Source: a virus. From it: a stretch of 64,000 nucleotides of DNA. Within the stretch, counting starts at the first letter, position 1. Each line of letters starts with the position of its first letter. The translations under genes were made by a program, and so were the position numbers. Below are positions 9,218-19,202 of the stretch, piece after piece. The stretch is taken from positions 1-64,000 of IMG/VR virus record IMGVR_UViG_3300032116_000088; one strand, written 5' to 3'. Under the pieces are notes generated by a model. It did not search any database. It saw only the letters and a program-made list of their open reading frames with translations, and was not told the DNA's origin.

Positions 9218-10405
9218 ATGGCAGGTTCTGCTGTTACTGGTACCGCTGCACTAGCTGGTGCGCCTACCGCTTACTCAGGTTCGAATAGTCAGCTTTCACA
9301 GGCTATTCAGACCATTTGGTCGAAGGAAATTCTGTTCCAGGCGATGCCTATTCTTCGCTTTGAGCAGTTTGCAGTTAAGAAGACTGAGCTTGGTGTTTCT
9401 CCAGGTCTCCGTGTTAACTTCCTTCGTTACAAGAACTTCCAGGTGGATGCAACTCCACTAACGGAAGGTGTCCGTATGACAACCAACGCTCTGACCGCAG
9501 AGCAGATTGCTATCACCGTTGCTGAGCACGGCTATGCAGTTGCAGTTTCTGAACTGCTTCTGAACGCTTCGTTCGACGACATCATGGCTTCTGCTTCACG
9601 TCTGCTTGGACGTCACATGGCACAATACCTGGACATCCAGGCTCGCGACACCCTATCTGCTGGTACTTCAGCAACCTTCGGTTATGACCGTTCAGCCATC
9701 TCTGGCGGTGCGTTCACCAACTATGACGAAGGTAACGCTGCAACTGCAGTATCTGGTTCTAACACTTCTGTTGGTTCTGGTACTAACGCAGGTAAGTACA
9801 AGCTAACCACAGGTGCCATCAAGGATGCGGCTCTTGTTCTTTCTTCAAAGAACATCCCAAGAATTGGTGAGACCTATGTTCAGTTCATCCACCCTAAGCA
9901 GTCTCGTGACCTTCGCTCAAACCCAGAGTTCATCGAAGTCACCAAGTACGCTGCTCCAGGTAACTTCATGCTCGGTGAGATTGGTCGTCTATACGACGTA
10001 GTCTTCATTGAGACCACTCAGGTTAAGAAGTATGGCGTTGGTTCAACTGTAACTGACTACACCTCGAAGGTTGGTGCACTAGCTGACCAGACTTCGTACT
10101 ACGGTGCAAACGCAGTTAAGACTAACACTGGACCAGGTCGTGGTGGTAACCCAGAACTAACCCAGCTCGTAGGTGCTGGTGGTACTGGCTCTGCTTACCC
10201 AACTGACACAACCACTCTAACCGCTGACGTATATGAGTCAATCATGATTGGTGACAACGCATTTGGTCACGCAATCGCCCTCCCAGTTGAGCTCCGTGAC
10301 GGTGGTGTTCTAGACTTCGGTCGTGAGCACGCTCTAGCATGGTACGCTATCTGGGGTCTCGGTGTTATCACCGACCAGGCTATCAACAAGGTTTACACCA
10401 ACTAA
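9218..10405 (+). CDS. Major capsid protein (HK97 fold, N4-gp56-like)
   Basis: WSKEIL, LTEGV, EHGYAV, GEIGRLYDVVFIET, DFGREHALAWY motifs; strong codon bias. Confidence 0.92.
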   Translation: MAGSAVTGTAALAGAPTAYSGSNSQLSQAIQTIWSKEILFQAMPILRFEQFAVKKTELGVSPGLRVNFLRYKNFQVDATPLTEGVRMTTNALTAEQIAITVAEHGYAVAVSELLLNASFDDIMASASRLLGRHMAQYLDIQARDTLSAGTSATFGYDRSAISGGAFTNYDEGNAATAVSGSNTSVGSGTNAGKYKLTTGAIKDAALVLSSKNIPRIGETYVQFIHPKQSRDLRSNPEFIEVTKYAAPGNFMLGEIGRLYDVVFIETTQVKKYGVGSTVTDYTSKVGALADQTSYYGANAVKTNTGPGRGGNPELTQLVGAGGTGSAYPTDTTTLTADVYESIMIGDNAFGHAIALPVELRDGGVLDFGREHALAWYAIWGLGVITDQAINKVYTN

Positions 10406-10422
10406 TAGCCAACCATAGTCGA

Positions 10423-10445
10423 GGGGGGCCCCAAACGGGCCCCCC
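10423..10445 (+). terminator. 9-bp GC hairpin after the capsid gene (no U-tract)
   Basis: GGGGGGCCC-CAAAC-GGGCCCCCC. Confidence 0.6.
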
Positions 10446-10479
10446 AACACAAACAATAAACTAAAGGAGAATAATCATC

Positions 10480-10860
10480 GTGGCAAACAAACCAACTAGT
10501 CCACAGGACACAACCGGTCGCGCAGCAGAAGAAGCTGCAAAAAGAGTCGCAGCTGAAGCTGCATCTCGTGCAGAAGAGATTTCTTTGGCACGTGCTGTAG
10601 AGGCTGAAAGCCTAGAGCGTGACGTTTTTGACCCAAAGAAACCAGACCAGCCAATTCTGATTGATGAGATTGAAGAGGTGGGCGTATCGGTAAACAACAA
10701 TAAGATTGTTATCCGTACCATTTCAGATATTGAAGACATGACTTTTGGTGTAGTAAACGGAACTCCGCAGAACTACACCTTTAAGGCTGGAGTAAAGTAT
10801 TCTGTACCAGTAGAAATCGCCGCTTATCTAGAGCGTCTCGGTTACATCTGGAAGCAGTAA
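10480..10860 (+). CDS. Hypothetical head-associated protein
   Basis: SD AAAGGAG, GTG start, follows the capsid gene. Confidence 0.7.
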   Translation: MANKPTSPQDTTGRAAEEAAKRVAAEAASRAEEISLARAVEAESLERDVFDPKKPDQPILIDEIEEVGVSVNNNKIVIRTISDIEDMTFGVVNGTPQNYTFKAGVKYSVPVEIAAYLERLGYIWKQ

Positions 10861-10872
10861 ACTCCAAACTTT

Positions 10873-10919
10873 GTCCGTCCTGCTGGTCCCGCCCTCCTCA
10901 CCAGCAGGACGGGCTTTTT
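10873..10919 (+). terminator. Intrinsic terminator with 15-bp stem and CCCGCCCTCCTC loop
   Basis: GTCCGTCCTGCTGGT / ACCAGCAGGACGGGC followed by TTTTT. Confidence 0.85.
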
Positions 10920-10923
10920 ATAC

Positions 10924-10957
10924 TGAATAATGTACCGTTTTGAGAGAACATAGTTAT
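10924..10957 (+). promoter_or_regulatory. Candidate late promoter, TGAA-N18-GAACATAG
   Basis: Immediately after a terminator; shared motif with 1648 and 5795. Confidence 0.45.
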
Positions 10958-10976
10958 ATAGAATCTTGGAGGATTT

Positions 10977-12269
10977 ATGGCTACCATTTCTAGCCTTGTT
11001 GACAGAGTTCGTTTAGAGCTCGGTGATATTGGAAAATCCTTTGTAACTAAATTTGTTGCCGATGGTACTACAAATAGATTTAAATTGCATTACGCTCCCC
11101 TAGATGCAACTACAGTAGTTGTGTATGCTGGAACAACGGATATTACTGAAAGCAGTTTTATTGAAGAGTCCACCGGAGTCCTTGTTACTGAAGATGTACT
11201 AGATGACATGACTGAAGTCACTGTCAGTGGTACATACTATCGTTATTTTACCGGAGCTGAATTAAACACTATTGTTAATGACGCTATTTCCCAGCATTGT
11301 TTGGGAAGAGTAGACTCTTTAGGTAGAAAACTTGATTCAACTACTTTACCTTTTGTTGAAGAATACCCTGTAGCTATTTATGCTACAACTATTGCTTTAT
11401 ATACACTAGCCACTGATTCCGCTTTTGATATTGACATTCAAGCTCCAGATGGCGTCACCATTCCTCGTGCAGAGCGTTTCCGTCAGCTTATGGAAATGGT
11501 TCAAACAAGACAACAACAATATAGGGAGCTGTGTGTTCATCTTGGTGTTGGTCTTTACAAAATGGAAGTGTTTACGTTTAGACGTATCTCTAAAGCAACT
11601 GGACGTTACATTCCTGTTTACAAGCCTCAAGAAGTTGACGACCGCTCATACCCAGCAAGAGTTGACGATTCAGCACCAACATACGGAGATAAGCAACCTG
11701 AATGGCCAACTACTGATGTTGAATTAACTGCATATCAAGGTCGTGCATTTAGCACTACTCTTACTTATACTGGAACTTATGCCGGTAAGTCATTTACTGC
11801 TAAACTACTGAACCAACGTGGTTCGGTAGTTGTTGTGCAAAACTTTACGATTAGCATTAATACAGACGGAACAGATGTGATTACCGGTGCTTCCAGAACT
11901 TCTGGAAGTAATGTTATTACTATCACTACTAGTGCAGCCCACGGTTTATCGGTAGGAAATAGCATTGTTATTACAGGAGTTGATTCTACTGTAAATGGTG
12001 TATACACAGTAGCAACTTCCGGGTCTACTACGTTTACTGTAGCCGGTACAGAAACTACAGCACTATCTTTAACTGAATTAACAGGTCAAGTAGAAACAAA
12101 CGTCTCTAAAGCTTATACTTTTATACTCTCATTGACCGCTGACCAGACTCGTCGCATTGCAGAAAGAACCTATTGGTCTTTATCTACAGTAGACGATTTT
12201 ACTGGAGAAGTTATAGAAATTAAGAGCGGAAACTTCTTTACTACACGAGTAAATAAGGCAGTAATATAA
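10977..12269 (+). CDS. Head-tail adaptor / neck protein with an inserted beta-module
   Basis: [12 protein letters not shown]-terminus typical of connectors; [13 protein letters not shown] module near the C-terminus. Confidence 0.65.
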   Translation: MATISSLVDRVRLELGDIGKSFVTKFVADGTTNRFKLHYAPLDATTVVVYAGTTDITESSFIEESTGVLVTEDVLDDMTEVTVSGTYYRYFTGAELNTIVNDAISQHCLGRVDSLGRKLDSTTLPFVEEYPVAIYATTIALYTLATDSAFDIDIQAPDGVTIPRAERFRQLMEMVQTRQQQYRELCVHLGVGLYKMEVFTFRRISKATGRYIPVYKPQEVDDRSYPARVDDSAPTYGDKQPEWPTTDVELTAYQGRAFSTTLTYTGTYAGKSFTAKLLNQRGSVVVVQNFTISINTDGTDVITGASRTSGSNVITITTSAAHGLSVGNSIVITGVDSTVNGVYTVATSGSTTFTVAGTETTALSLTELTGQVETNVSKAYTFILSLTADQTRRIAERTYWSLSTVDDFTGEVIEIKSGNFFTTRVNKAVI

Positions 12270-12742
12270 TGCCCGGAATACCATTACCAGAAAAAGATAT
12301 AGCTCTTCTTCAGGATACTACCCCTGATGTAATTCCAGCACCTCCAGATTATACGGACTTAAATTTTGGTACCCCTAATGACCAAGCTAACCAAGTAATT
12401 GATACGACTCTTTTACCAGGTGTTCCTGGTCAGCGTGGGCCAGCAGGTCCTGCAGGTCCAGAAGGAGACCCAGGACCTGCTGGACCTGCTGGACCTACAG
12501 GTCCTGCTGGTCCCCAAGGTCCACAAGGTCCTGTCGGACCAACACCGACTATAGCGTATACTCACACGCAAAATGCGGTATCCTCTACTTGGAGCATAAC
12601 TCATAATCTTGGTTTTAGACCAAACGTAACAACTATTAACTCTGCTGGAATGAATATTGAAGGCACTGTTGCGCACACCAACGAAAACTCTTTAACTGTA
12701 ACCTTTAGCATCGCCAGCAGCGGCGTTGCATATTTATCTTAG
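12269..12742 (+). CDS. Collagen-like fibre protein with C-terminal THNLG domain
   Basis: 14 consecutive Gly-X-Y triplets; WSITHNLG. Confidence 0.8.
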   Translation: MPGIPLPEKDIALLQDTTPDVIPAPPDYTDLNFGTPNDQANQVIDTTLLPGVPGQRGPAGPAGPEGDPGPAGPAGPTGPAGPQGPQGPVGPTPTIAYTHTQNAVSSTWSITHNLGFRPNVTTINSAGMNIEGTVAHTNENSLTVTFSIASSGVAYLS

Positions 12743-12750
12743 GAATGTAA

Positions 12751-15369
12751 ATGGCTCGTAGTTTCTTAGTACCTATAAACCTTAATAGCCTTGAGCTTCA
12801 AAATTTTATTGTTCATAACATTGAAAACGACCCTACTGGGGTCGCTGGTAGACTTTACTACAATAGTACTAGTAATGCTTTAAAAGTTTACAATGGTTCT
12901 TCTTGGCTAACTGTAGCTACTGGTGGCAGCACATTTACTCTAGGTAGCACGTCTGTCTCTATTGGTGGAACTACTACAACTGTTAATGGTTTAACTCTGG
13001 GCTCATCTTCCGTATGGAATGGCAATACTATTGCAGTTGCTTATGGTGGTACTGGAACTACTACAGGCTCTATTACTGGCACTGGAGCACTTACATTTAC
13101 GGCTGGTGGTTCTAACAACAACGTTAATCTAAGACCTACTGGTACAGGCTCTGTTGATTTAGGCAGCACCAACGGTAGCGATGGGTTTAGAATTACTGGA
13201 CTTAAAGACCCATCTAGCGACTATGACGCCGCAAACAAAAAGTATGTAGATGGTGTTGCTGCTGGACTTAACGCACACCCTGCGGTTAACTACGCCACTA
13301 CAGGTGCTCTAGGTACTACTGGCAACCTTGTTGGTGGAACTATTACCACCACTTATTCAAATGGAACTAACGGTGATGGTGCAACGCTTACTATTGCTAC
13401 ATCCTCTAACTGGACTGAAATTAAGGTTGACGGTGAGACTGTTACAGTTGGTCACCGTATTCTTATTAAGAACCAAGGTGGTACATCCTCTAACCTACAA
13501 AATGGTATCTATACTGTTACTAGCGTAGGTGCAGTTGGAAACACAACTTCGTTTGTGTTTACCCGTGCTACAGACTCTAACTCAACTCCAGAAGTTGCAG
13601 CAGGTGACACCACCTATGTTCTAGCAGGTACTGTAAATGGTGGAAACGGATTTGTTCAAACCGCTACAATTGTATCTATTGGCACTACAGCAATTGCTTG
13701 GTCTCAGTTCTCTGGTTCTTCTACTACAACAGCTGGTCTTGGTCTTACTCCTAATGGAACTAACCCAAACCAGATTGACGTAAATACAGGTACAGGCTTA
13801 ACTATTTCTAGCGACGCGGTTGCTCTTGCAAATACCGCTGTTACCGCAGGAAGTTATGGTTCTGCAACAGCAGTTGGAACCTTTACTGTTGATGCACAGG
13901 GTAGATTAACTGCAGCTGCAAACACATCTATTGCGGGGCTTAACGCAAGCGTTATTACTGCTGGAACACTTACTGTAGGTGTTGGTGGTACTGGAGCTGG
14001 GTCATTTACTAGCGGAGGTATCCTTAGAGGCAACGGTACTAGCGCTCTCTCAGTAGCTTCCGCTGCTGATATAGTTGCTGCTATTGGTTCGACTGCTGTT
14101 ACTAGCGCAACTACTGCGACTAACGCAACCAACACAGCGATTACTGATGACACTACGACTAACGCAACCATGTACCCTACATGGGTTACTACAACTACAG
14201 GTAACTTGCCTCAAAAAGTTTCATCTACAAAATTAAGTTTTAATCCCTCGACAGGAACACTTACCTCAACCGTATTTAGCGGTTCTGGTGCAAGCCTAAC
14301 ATCACTAAACGCTTCTAACCTATCTTCTGGAACCGTTCCTGGCGACAGAGGTGTTACCGCCGGTTCAACCAGCGCATCATTCGTAGAATATAATGGAACT
14401 ACCGCAACAGCCGGCCAGTTTGATGGTGGAACTACTGCCCCATCTGGAACTACTCGCCTAAACTATGGTGGTTATCTATATGCTACTCAGTTCTATGGTA
14501 ATGGAGCAAACTTAACCTCACTAAGCGGTTCTAGCATTGCATCAGGAACTGTTGGGTTTACCTATCTTCCATCATTGTATATTGGAACTACTACTATCCA
14601 ATCATCATCTGCTACTCAAGCACTAACTGGTATTTCAACAATTACTGGTGGAACTACTCTTGGGCTTCTAGCTCCTTCTAACGCTTCTACAGGTTATGCG
14701 GTATCTCTTACTGGTGGAGCTTCTTCTGGAACTACCGGTCAGACTGGTGGTGCAGTAACTATTACTGGTGGTGCTTCTACTTCTGGCACTAACTTAAACA
14801 CTGGTGGTTCAGTAACTATTACCGGTGGTGCATCCAACACCTCTGCAGGTATTGGTGGTAGCGTCTCCATAAATGGAGGTGCTGGTAGCATAGGAAATGG
14901 TAACGGGGGTATCTCAATTGGTACCGCTAATACTGACTCAATTCTTATTGGTAATGCTGGTGGTGTTGTTTACACTCAAATTACTGGAACTGTAAAACTT
15001 CCTTCAGTTGGAACTTCTGGATTTGTTAAGCTTGGTGCTGGTGGACAGCTTTCTCCTGACACAAACACTTACTTAACCTCAAGCACAGGTGTTACTACTG
15101 TAAACGGCTCTTCTGGAGCTATTGGTGCTACGGCTAACTCTAATGGTGCAATAACTCGTTACTACAGAGCAACTAACTCTGCCGGTCAAACCACAACTAT
15201 TAACCACGCACTAGGTCAGTGGGTTTTAGTTCAGGTATTTAAGACTAGCGATGGAACTATTGCTGATACTGACATCACAAATACTTCTACTAGCGGTGGA
15301 ACCACTACTGTTGGATTCGCAGTTGCACCTGCCAATGCGGGAGACTACACAATCGTAATTATTGGCTAG
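12751..15369 (+). CDS. Fibre protein 1 (Gly/Thr/Ser-rich)
   Basis: DAANKKYVD, RILIKNQ...NGIY, TVDAQGRLT fibre motifs; 872 aa. Confidence 0.8.
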   Translation: MARSFLVPINLNSLELQNFIVHNIENDPTGVAGRLYYNSTSNALKVYNGSSWLTVATGGSTFTLGSTSVSIGGTTTTVNGLTLGSSSVWNGNTIAVAYGGTGTTTGSITGTGALTFTAGGSNNNVNLRPTGTGSVDLGSTNGSDGFRITGLKDPSSDYDAANKKYVDGVAAGLNAHPAVNYATTGALGTTGNLVGGTITTTYSNGTNGDGATLTIATSSNWTEIKVDGETVTVGHRILIKNQGGTSSNLQNGIYTVTSVGAVGNTTSFVFTRATDSNSTPEVAAGDTTYVLAGTVNGGNGFVQTATIVSIGTTAIAWSQFSGSSTTTAGLGLTPNGTNPNQIDVNTGTGLTISSDAVALANTAVTAGSYGSATAVGTFTVDAQGRLTAAANTSIAGLNASVITAGTLTVGVGGTGAGSFTSGGILRGNGTSALSVASAADIVAAIGSTAVTSATTATNATNTAITDDTTTNATMYPTWVTTTTGNLPQKVSSTKLSFNPSTGTLTSTVFSGSGASLTSLNASNLSSGTVPGDRGVTAGSTSASFVEYNGTTATAGQFDGGTTAPSGTTRLNYGGYLYATQFYGNGANLTSLSGSSIASGTVGFTYLPSLYIGTTTIQSSSATQALTGISTITGGTTLGLLAPSNASTGYAVSLTGGASSGTTGQTGGAVTITGGASTSGTNLNTGGSVTITGGASNTSAGIGGSVSINGGAGSIGNGNGGISIGTANTDSILIGNAGGVVYTQITGTVKLPSVGTSGFVKLGAGGQLSPDTNTYLTSSTGVTTVNGSSGAIGATANSNGAITRYYRATNSAGQTTTINHALGQWVLVQVFKTSDGTIADTDITNTSTSGGTTTVGFAVAPANAGDYTIVIIG

Positions 15370-15378
15370 GATTAAACC

Positions 15379-17904
15379 ATGGCTAGAAGTATACTCACTC
15401 CGCTAACTATAACTACTGGTGGAAACACTATAACATCCTCCGCAGCTGCATCAGTGCCTTTGGTACTAAAAGGTGCAGCTAGCCAGTCTGGAAGTTTGCT
15501 GTCTTTTCAGAACGATAGCGGAACCGTTATAGGTAACTTCACCGCTCCAGTTAACAACGTCCCTAGACTAAATCTCGGGTCAACTGATTTAGGTGCAACT
15601 GTAGGTATCAACGGTCACGCAACTGGTGGAGTCACACTAGCTATTAAAGCAATCGCGTCCCAGACCGCCGATATGCAACAGTGGATTAACAGCGGAAACT
15701 CCGTGCTTGCCAAGGTAGACCAAAATGGTTTTGCTGTGTTTGGTGGAGCCACAGTACTTTCTAACTCTGTTCTTTCTGTGTCCCCTTATGGAACTACGCA
15801 AGTAGGATTAACCATAAAGGCCACTAGCGGTCAAAGTGCTAATCTACAAAACTGGCAGGATAGCACACCCACTACAGTTACAAGCATAAACTCCGCTGGC
15901 TTATTCTCTACTACTAGAAACATAACAATTGCTGAGACAAATGCTGGAGAAAACGCGCTTGTTATTCGAGCTGCTTCAAACCACACGGGCTACCTCACTC
16001 TTTGGCAAAACTCTTCTTCTGTAAACGTAGCTGGCATAAACGCCCCAGGTCAAGTATGGACTGGGTCTTCATTGCCAGTTAATGGTTCCACAACTGTTGC
16101 AATCAACACTCAAACTCCAACAGGCACAACAAATATTACAATTACAACTGCCGCAGCCCACGGTATTTCTGTTGGCCAAAACGTTACTATTGCTGGAATT
16201 ACTCCGTCAGGTTACAATGGAAACTGGATTGCTCAGTCTGGAACTACTGGGTCTACCCTTGTAGTAAACATCGGTTCTAACCCCGGAGCTATCACAGTTG
16301 CAGGAACCGTTGCTCAATCCGCTCAAATATCTTCAACCCCTTCATCCACAAACGCTACTGGCTTAGTAATTAAAGCACTAGCAAGCCATGCAGCAAATTT
16401 ATTTGAGGTACAGTCTAGCACCGGCTCAGTTTTAGCCAGAATTGCATCCACCGGTCAGTTCTTAGCTCCTAGCATTGTTGGTAGCGCTTTCCAAATAACT
16501 TCTGGAGGTGTGTTTTCTAATGGCTCTACTTCTGCTCCTGCAAATACACAAGCCTATTTCTTAACTACTGCTGCAACTAACGTGGGTCTTGTTGTTCGCG
16601 GTGCAGCAAGCCAATCCGCCGATACATTCCAAATACAGAACTCCTCGGGCACCGTACTAGCAAAAGTAGACTCTGGTGGAGTTATTTCTACAAGCAGTTT
16701 TTATAACTTTACTAACTCAACAAACGGTATTGCTGTTCAAGGAACTTATGCATTGCGGTTCAATGGAACTTTGTCAAACTTTGGAACTGGAACAGTCACT
16801 GGTACAAAAGTAGCTATAACTAATGACACCGCTGGTAATACAGGTTTGCGTGTTCAGGGTGCAGCAAGCCAAACAGCCAATCTCCAAGAGTGGCAGGACT
16901 CAAGCGGAAACGTTCTTTTAGCTATTACATCAAGCGGAGGAATTGGAACCTCCGGGTTAACCGCAATAAGAATAGACGCTAACAGAAACGTAGCACTTAA
17001 TTCAAACTCTGGTTCATATGGAAATGGTCAAGCAGTTACGTTTATTGGAAATGCCACCACGGCACCAACAGCCAACCCAACTGGCGGTGGAGTTCTTTTT
17101 GTTGAAACAGGCGCTCTAAAGTACCGTGGAACATCTGGCTCTGCTGCAACAATTGTAAATGCTGATGGAACTATGTCGGGTGGTGGTGGCTCATTTACTG
17201 GCGGTACACTAACAAGCAACCTCACTCTAGCTGCTGGAACAACTTCACTTTCACCACTAACATTCCAGTCAGGAACAAACCTGACCACAGTTACTGCTGG
17301 TGCTAACGAGTATGACGGAACGGTTTTCTATCAGACCTCTAACACTAACCCTGGTAGAGCATTAGCAACACAAAACTACTATTACGCTTCTAGTTCCTCT
17401 TGGTTGCCAGATTTCTTTAATTCTGGAAGCGTTCAAGGTATGCTTGGTGGTGCTACAAAAGGCATTACTCTTGCTGCTGGAACTACTTACGAGTATGAAC
17501 TTTATGCAACTGTTCAACATCAGTTTATTTCTAATACTGGTGTCACAGGAACTTATCAAATGGTATCTAGTACAGTTTCTGGTTCTCCTACAGTTGCCGT
17601 AGTTCATCAGGTAGATTATGGTAGCAACACCACAAACTTTACAACTGCAACAACTCTAACCACTGTTAGGACCACAGGAACAGTAGTATTTTCTGCAGCA
17701 ATATCTTCTGGTTCTAGATATAACTTCTTGAGGGCTAAGGGTATAATTAGAGTAACCGGAACAGGAACAGCAAAAGTATATCCGGGAATATCTACATCTC
17801 AAGTTGGAGCGTCTGACAATATTTGGACAGTTCAAGAAGGTTTAGTATTCAAATTAACTCCAATTGGAAATGGTACAGCAACTACTGTAGGAACGTGGGC
17901 ATAA
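15379..17904 (+). CDS. Fibre protein 2 with seven internal repeats; putative receptor-binding protein
   Basis: Repeated (G/A)AASQ(S/T)A.L..WQ.SSG.VL units; 841 aa. Confidence 0.8.
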   Translation: MARSILTPLTITTGGNTITSSAAASVPLVLKGAASQSGSLLSFQNDSGTVIGNFTAPVNNVPRLNLGSTDLGATVGINGHATGGVTLAIKAIASQTADMQQWINSGNSVLAKVDQNGFAVFGGATVLSNSVLSVSPYGTTQVGLTIKATSGQSANLQNWQDSTPTTVTSINSAGLFSTTRNITIAETNAGENALVIRAASNHTGYLTLWQNSSSVNVAGINAPGQVWTGSSLPVNGSTTVAINTQTPTGTTNITITTAAAHGISVGQNVTIAGITPSGYNGNWIAQSGTTGSTLVVNIGSNPGAITVAGTVAQSAQISSTPSSTNATGLVIKALASHAANLFEVQSSTGSVLARIASTGQFLAPSIVGSAFQITSGGVFSNGSTSAPANTQAYFLTTAATNVGLVVRGAASQSADTFQIQNSSGTVLAKVDSGGVISTSSFYNFTNSTNGIAVQGTYALRFNGTLSNFGTGTVTGTKVAITNDTAGNTGLRVQGAASQTANLQEWQDSSGNVLLAITSSGGIGTSGLTAIRIDANRNVALNSNSGSYGNGQAVTFIGNATTAPTANPTGGGVLFVETGALKYRGTSGSAATIVNADGTMSGGGGSFTGGTLTSNLTLAAGTTSLSPLTFQSGTNLTTVTAGANEYDGTVFYQTSNTNPGRALATQNYYYASSSSWLPDFFNSGSVQGMLGGATKGITLAAGTTYEYELYATVQHQFISNTGVTGTYQMVSSTVSGSPTVAVVHQVDYGSNTTNFTTATTLTTVRTTGTVVFSAAISSGSRYNFLRAKGIIRVTGTGTAKVYPGISTSQVGASDNIWTVQEGLVFKLTPIGNGTATTVGTWA

Positions 17905-18050
17905 TGAATGAAATAAAAGAATTACTTGAAACATGGAAAGAAGAAGGATTAGTAAATCCAGACTCTTTAGAAAAGGCTTATGATGCCCTTATTGCGCTTG
18001 TAAATAAGGTTGAAGAGCTTGAAGCTCAAGTTCAGGCTCTTTCAAACTAA
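17904..18050 (+). CDS. 48-aa coiled-coil protein, possible fibre chaperone
   Basis: TAATG-coupled ATG 17904; LVNKVEELEAQVQAL heptads. Confidence 0.55.
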   Translation: MNEIKELLETWKEEGLVNPDSLEKAYDALIALVNKVEELEAQVQALSN

Positions 18051-18089
18051 ATTTGCCCCTACAATTAATATAGAACTTTAGGAGATATC

Positions 18090-19202
18090 GTGGCTTATCC
18101 ATCCGAAATAAAGTCGTTTACTTTTAAACGAAACAACATTGATAAAGTCGTTGCAGACGACGTAAACGTTCTGTATACAGAAGTTACTGCTATTGAACAG
18201 CAACTTGGAGGTGTGGGCTCTGGTGGTATTGGTGTTACAACAAGTACTTGGGGTACAGGTACTTTCAGCACCTCTGTGGCTAACTGGTTTGTAAATGATG
18301 GATTAGCTGCTAGACTAAAAAATATTGAGGCTGGATTATACGCAACCTTAGTTACTGGCTCTGCTTCTGCAGCCAAACTAACTACCCCAATTTCAGTTAA
18401 TGGAACTACTGGAGTAGATTGGTCTTCTTCGTCATATACTTTTACTGCAGCTGCAGGCACTCTAACTGGAACTACACTTAACTCAACTGTAACGGCATCA
18501 AGCCTAACTTCTGTTGGAACGTTAACTAATTTAGTTGTAACAGGCTCATCGGGAACATCGGCACCTATTAAACTATCTTCTGGTACTAATATAGGTACTT
18601 TAGCAGCTGGTGCTATTGAATATGATGGAAACGTCTTTACTTTTATACCAAATACTTCAACTGGTAGAGCAATTACTCCCTCTTCTTATTATTACACTTA
18701 TTACGGAAATTCAGGTGCACTTGGAGGAATTACTTCTCCATATGGTTTTAAACGATTGACTTTGGCTGCAAATACTGCATACGAATATGAAGGTATGTAC
18801 GTTTTTAGTTTTAATGATGCTGCTGATGTGTCCCCAGTAAGCTCTTATCCAATATTTAAGATACAAGGAACAGCAACTATTGCTAATAGTAATATTGACG
18901 TTGTTTTTTGGTGCTCTACTTTAGGGTCACTAACTGCAACATCAGCTAGAAGCATCTCCGAGGTTGTTACTGTAGGAAATACTAATATTAATTTAGAGAA
19001 TACTACAGCCAATACCTCTCTTAGAGTTGGAGTAGTTAAATGGAAAGGCATCTTAAGAAATCAACAAGCTAGTACTGGGACTGTATTTGCAACTATTCTT
19101 GGAAGTGCGGCTGGCTCACAAACAATTCTAAAAGATGGTTCTTTTATAAAACTAACTCCTATTGGAATAGACACTGTAGCAACTGTTGGTGTGTGGACTT
19201 AA
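18090..19202 (+). CDS. Fibre protein 3; C-terminal domain paralogous to fibre 2
   Basis: VVADDVNVLYTEVTAIEQQLG anchor motif; AGAIEYDG...KLTPIG shared with fibre 2. Confidence 0.75.
   Translation: MAYPSEIKSFTFKRNNIDKVVADDVNVLYTEVTAIEQQLGGVGSGGIGVTTSTWGTGTFSTSVANWFVNDGLAARLKNIEAGLYATLVTGSASAAKLTTPISVNGTTGVDWSSSSYTFTAAAGTLTGTTLNSTVTASSLTSVGTLTNLVVTGSSGTSAPIKLSSGTNIGTLAAGAIEYDGNVFTFIPNTSTGRAITPSSYYYTYYGNSGALGGITSPYGFKRLTLAANTAYEYEGMYVFSFNDAADVSPVSSYPIFKIQGTATIANSNIDVVFWCSTLGSLTATSARSISEVVTVGNTNINLENTTANTSLRVGVVKWKGILRNQQASTGTVFATILGSAAGSQTILKDGSFIKLTPIGIDTVATVGVWT

Noticed and set aside
12419-12545. Tandem DNA repeat (GGACCTGCT-like)
   Set aside because: Explained by collagen Gly-Pro-X coding
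15379-19202. Diversity-generating retroelement acting on the paralogous fibre tips
   Set aside because: No reverse transcriptase in the window and no near-identical TR/VR nucleotide pair with adenine-specific differences; similarity is at protein level only
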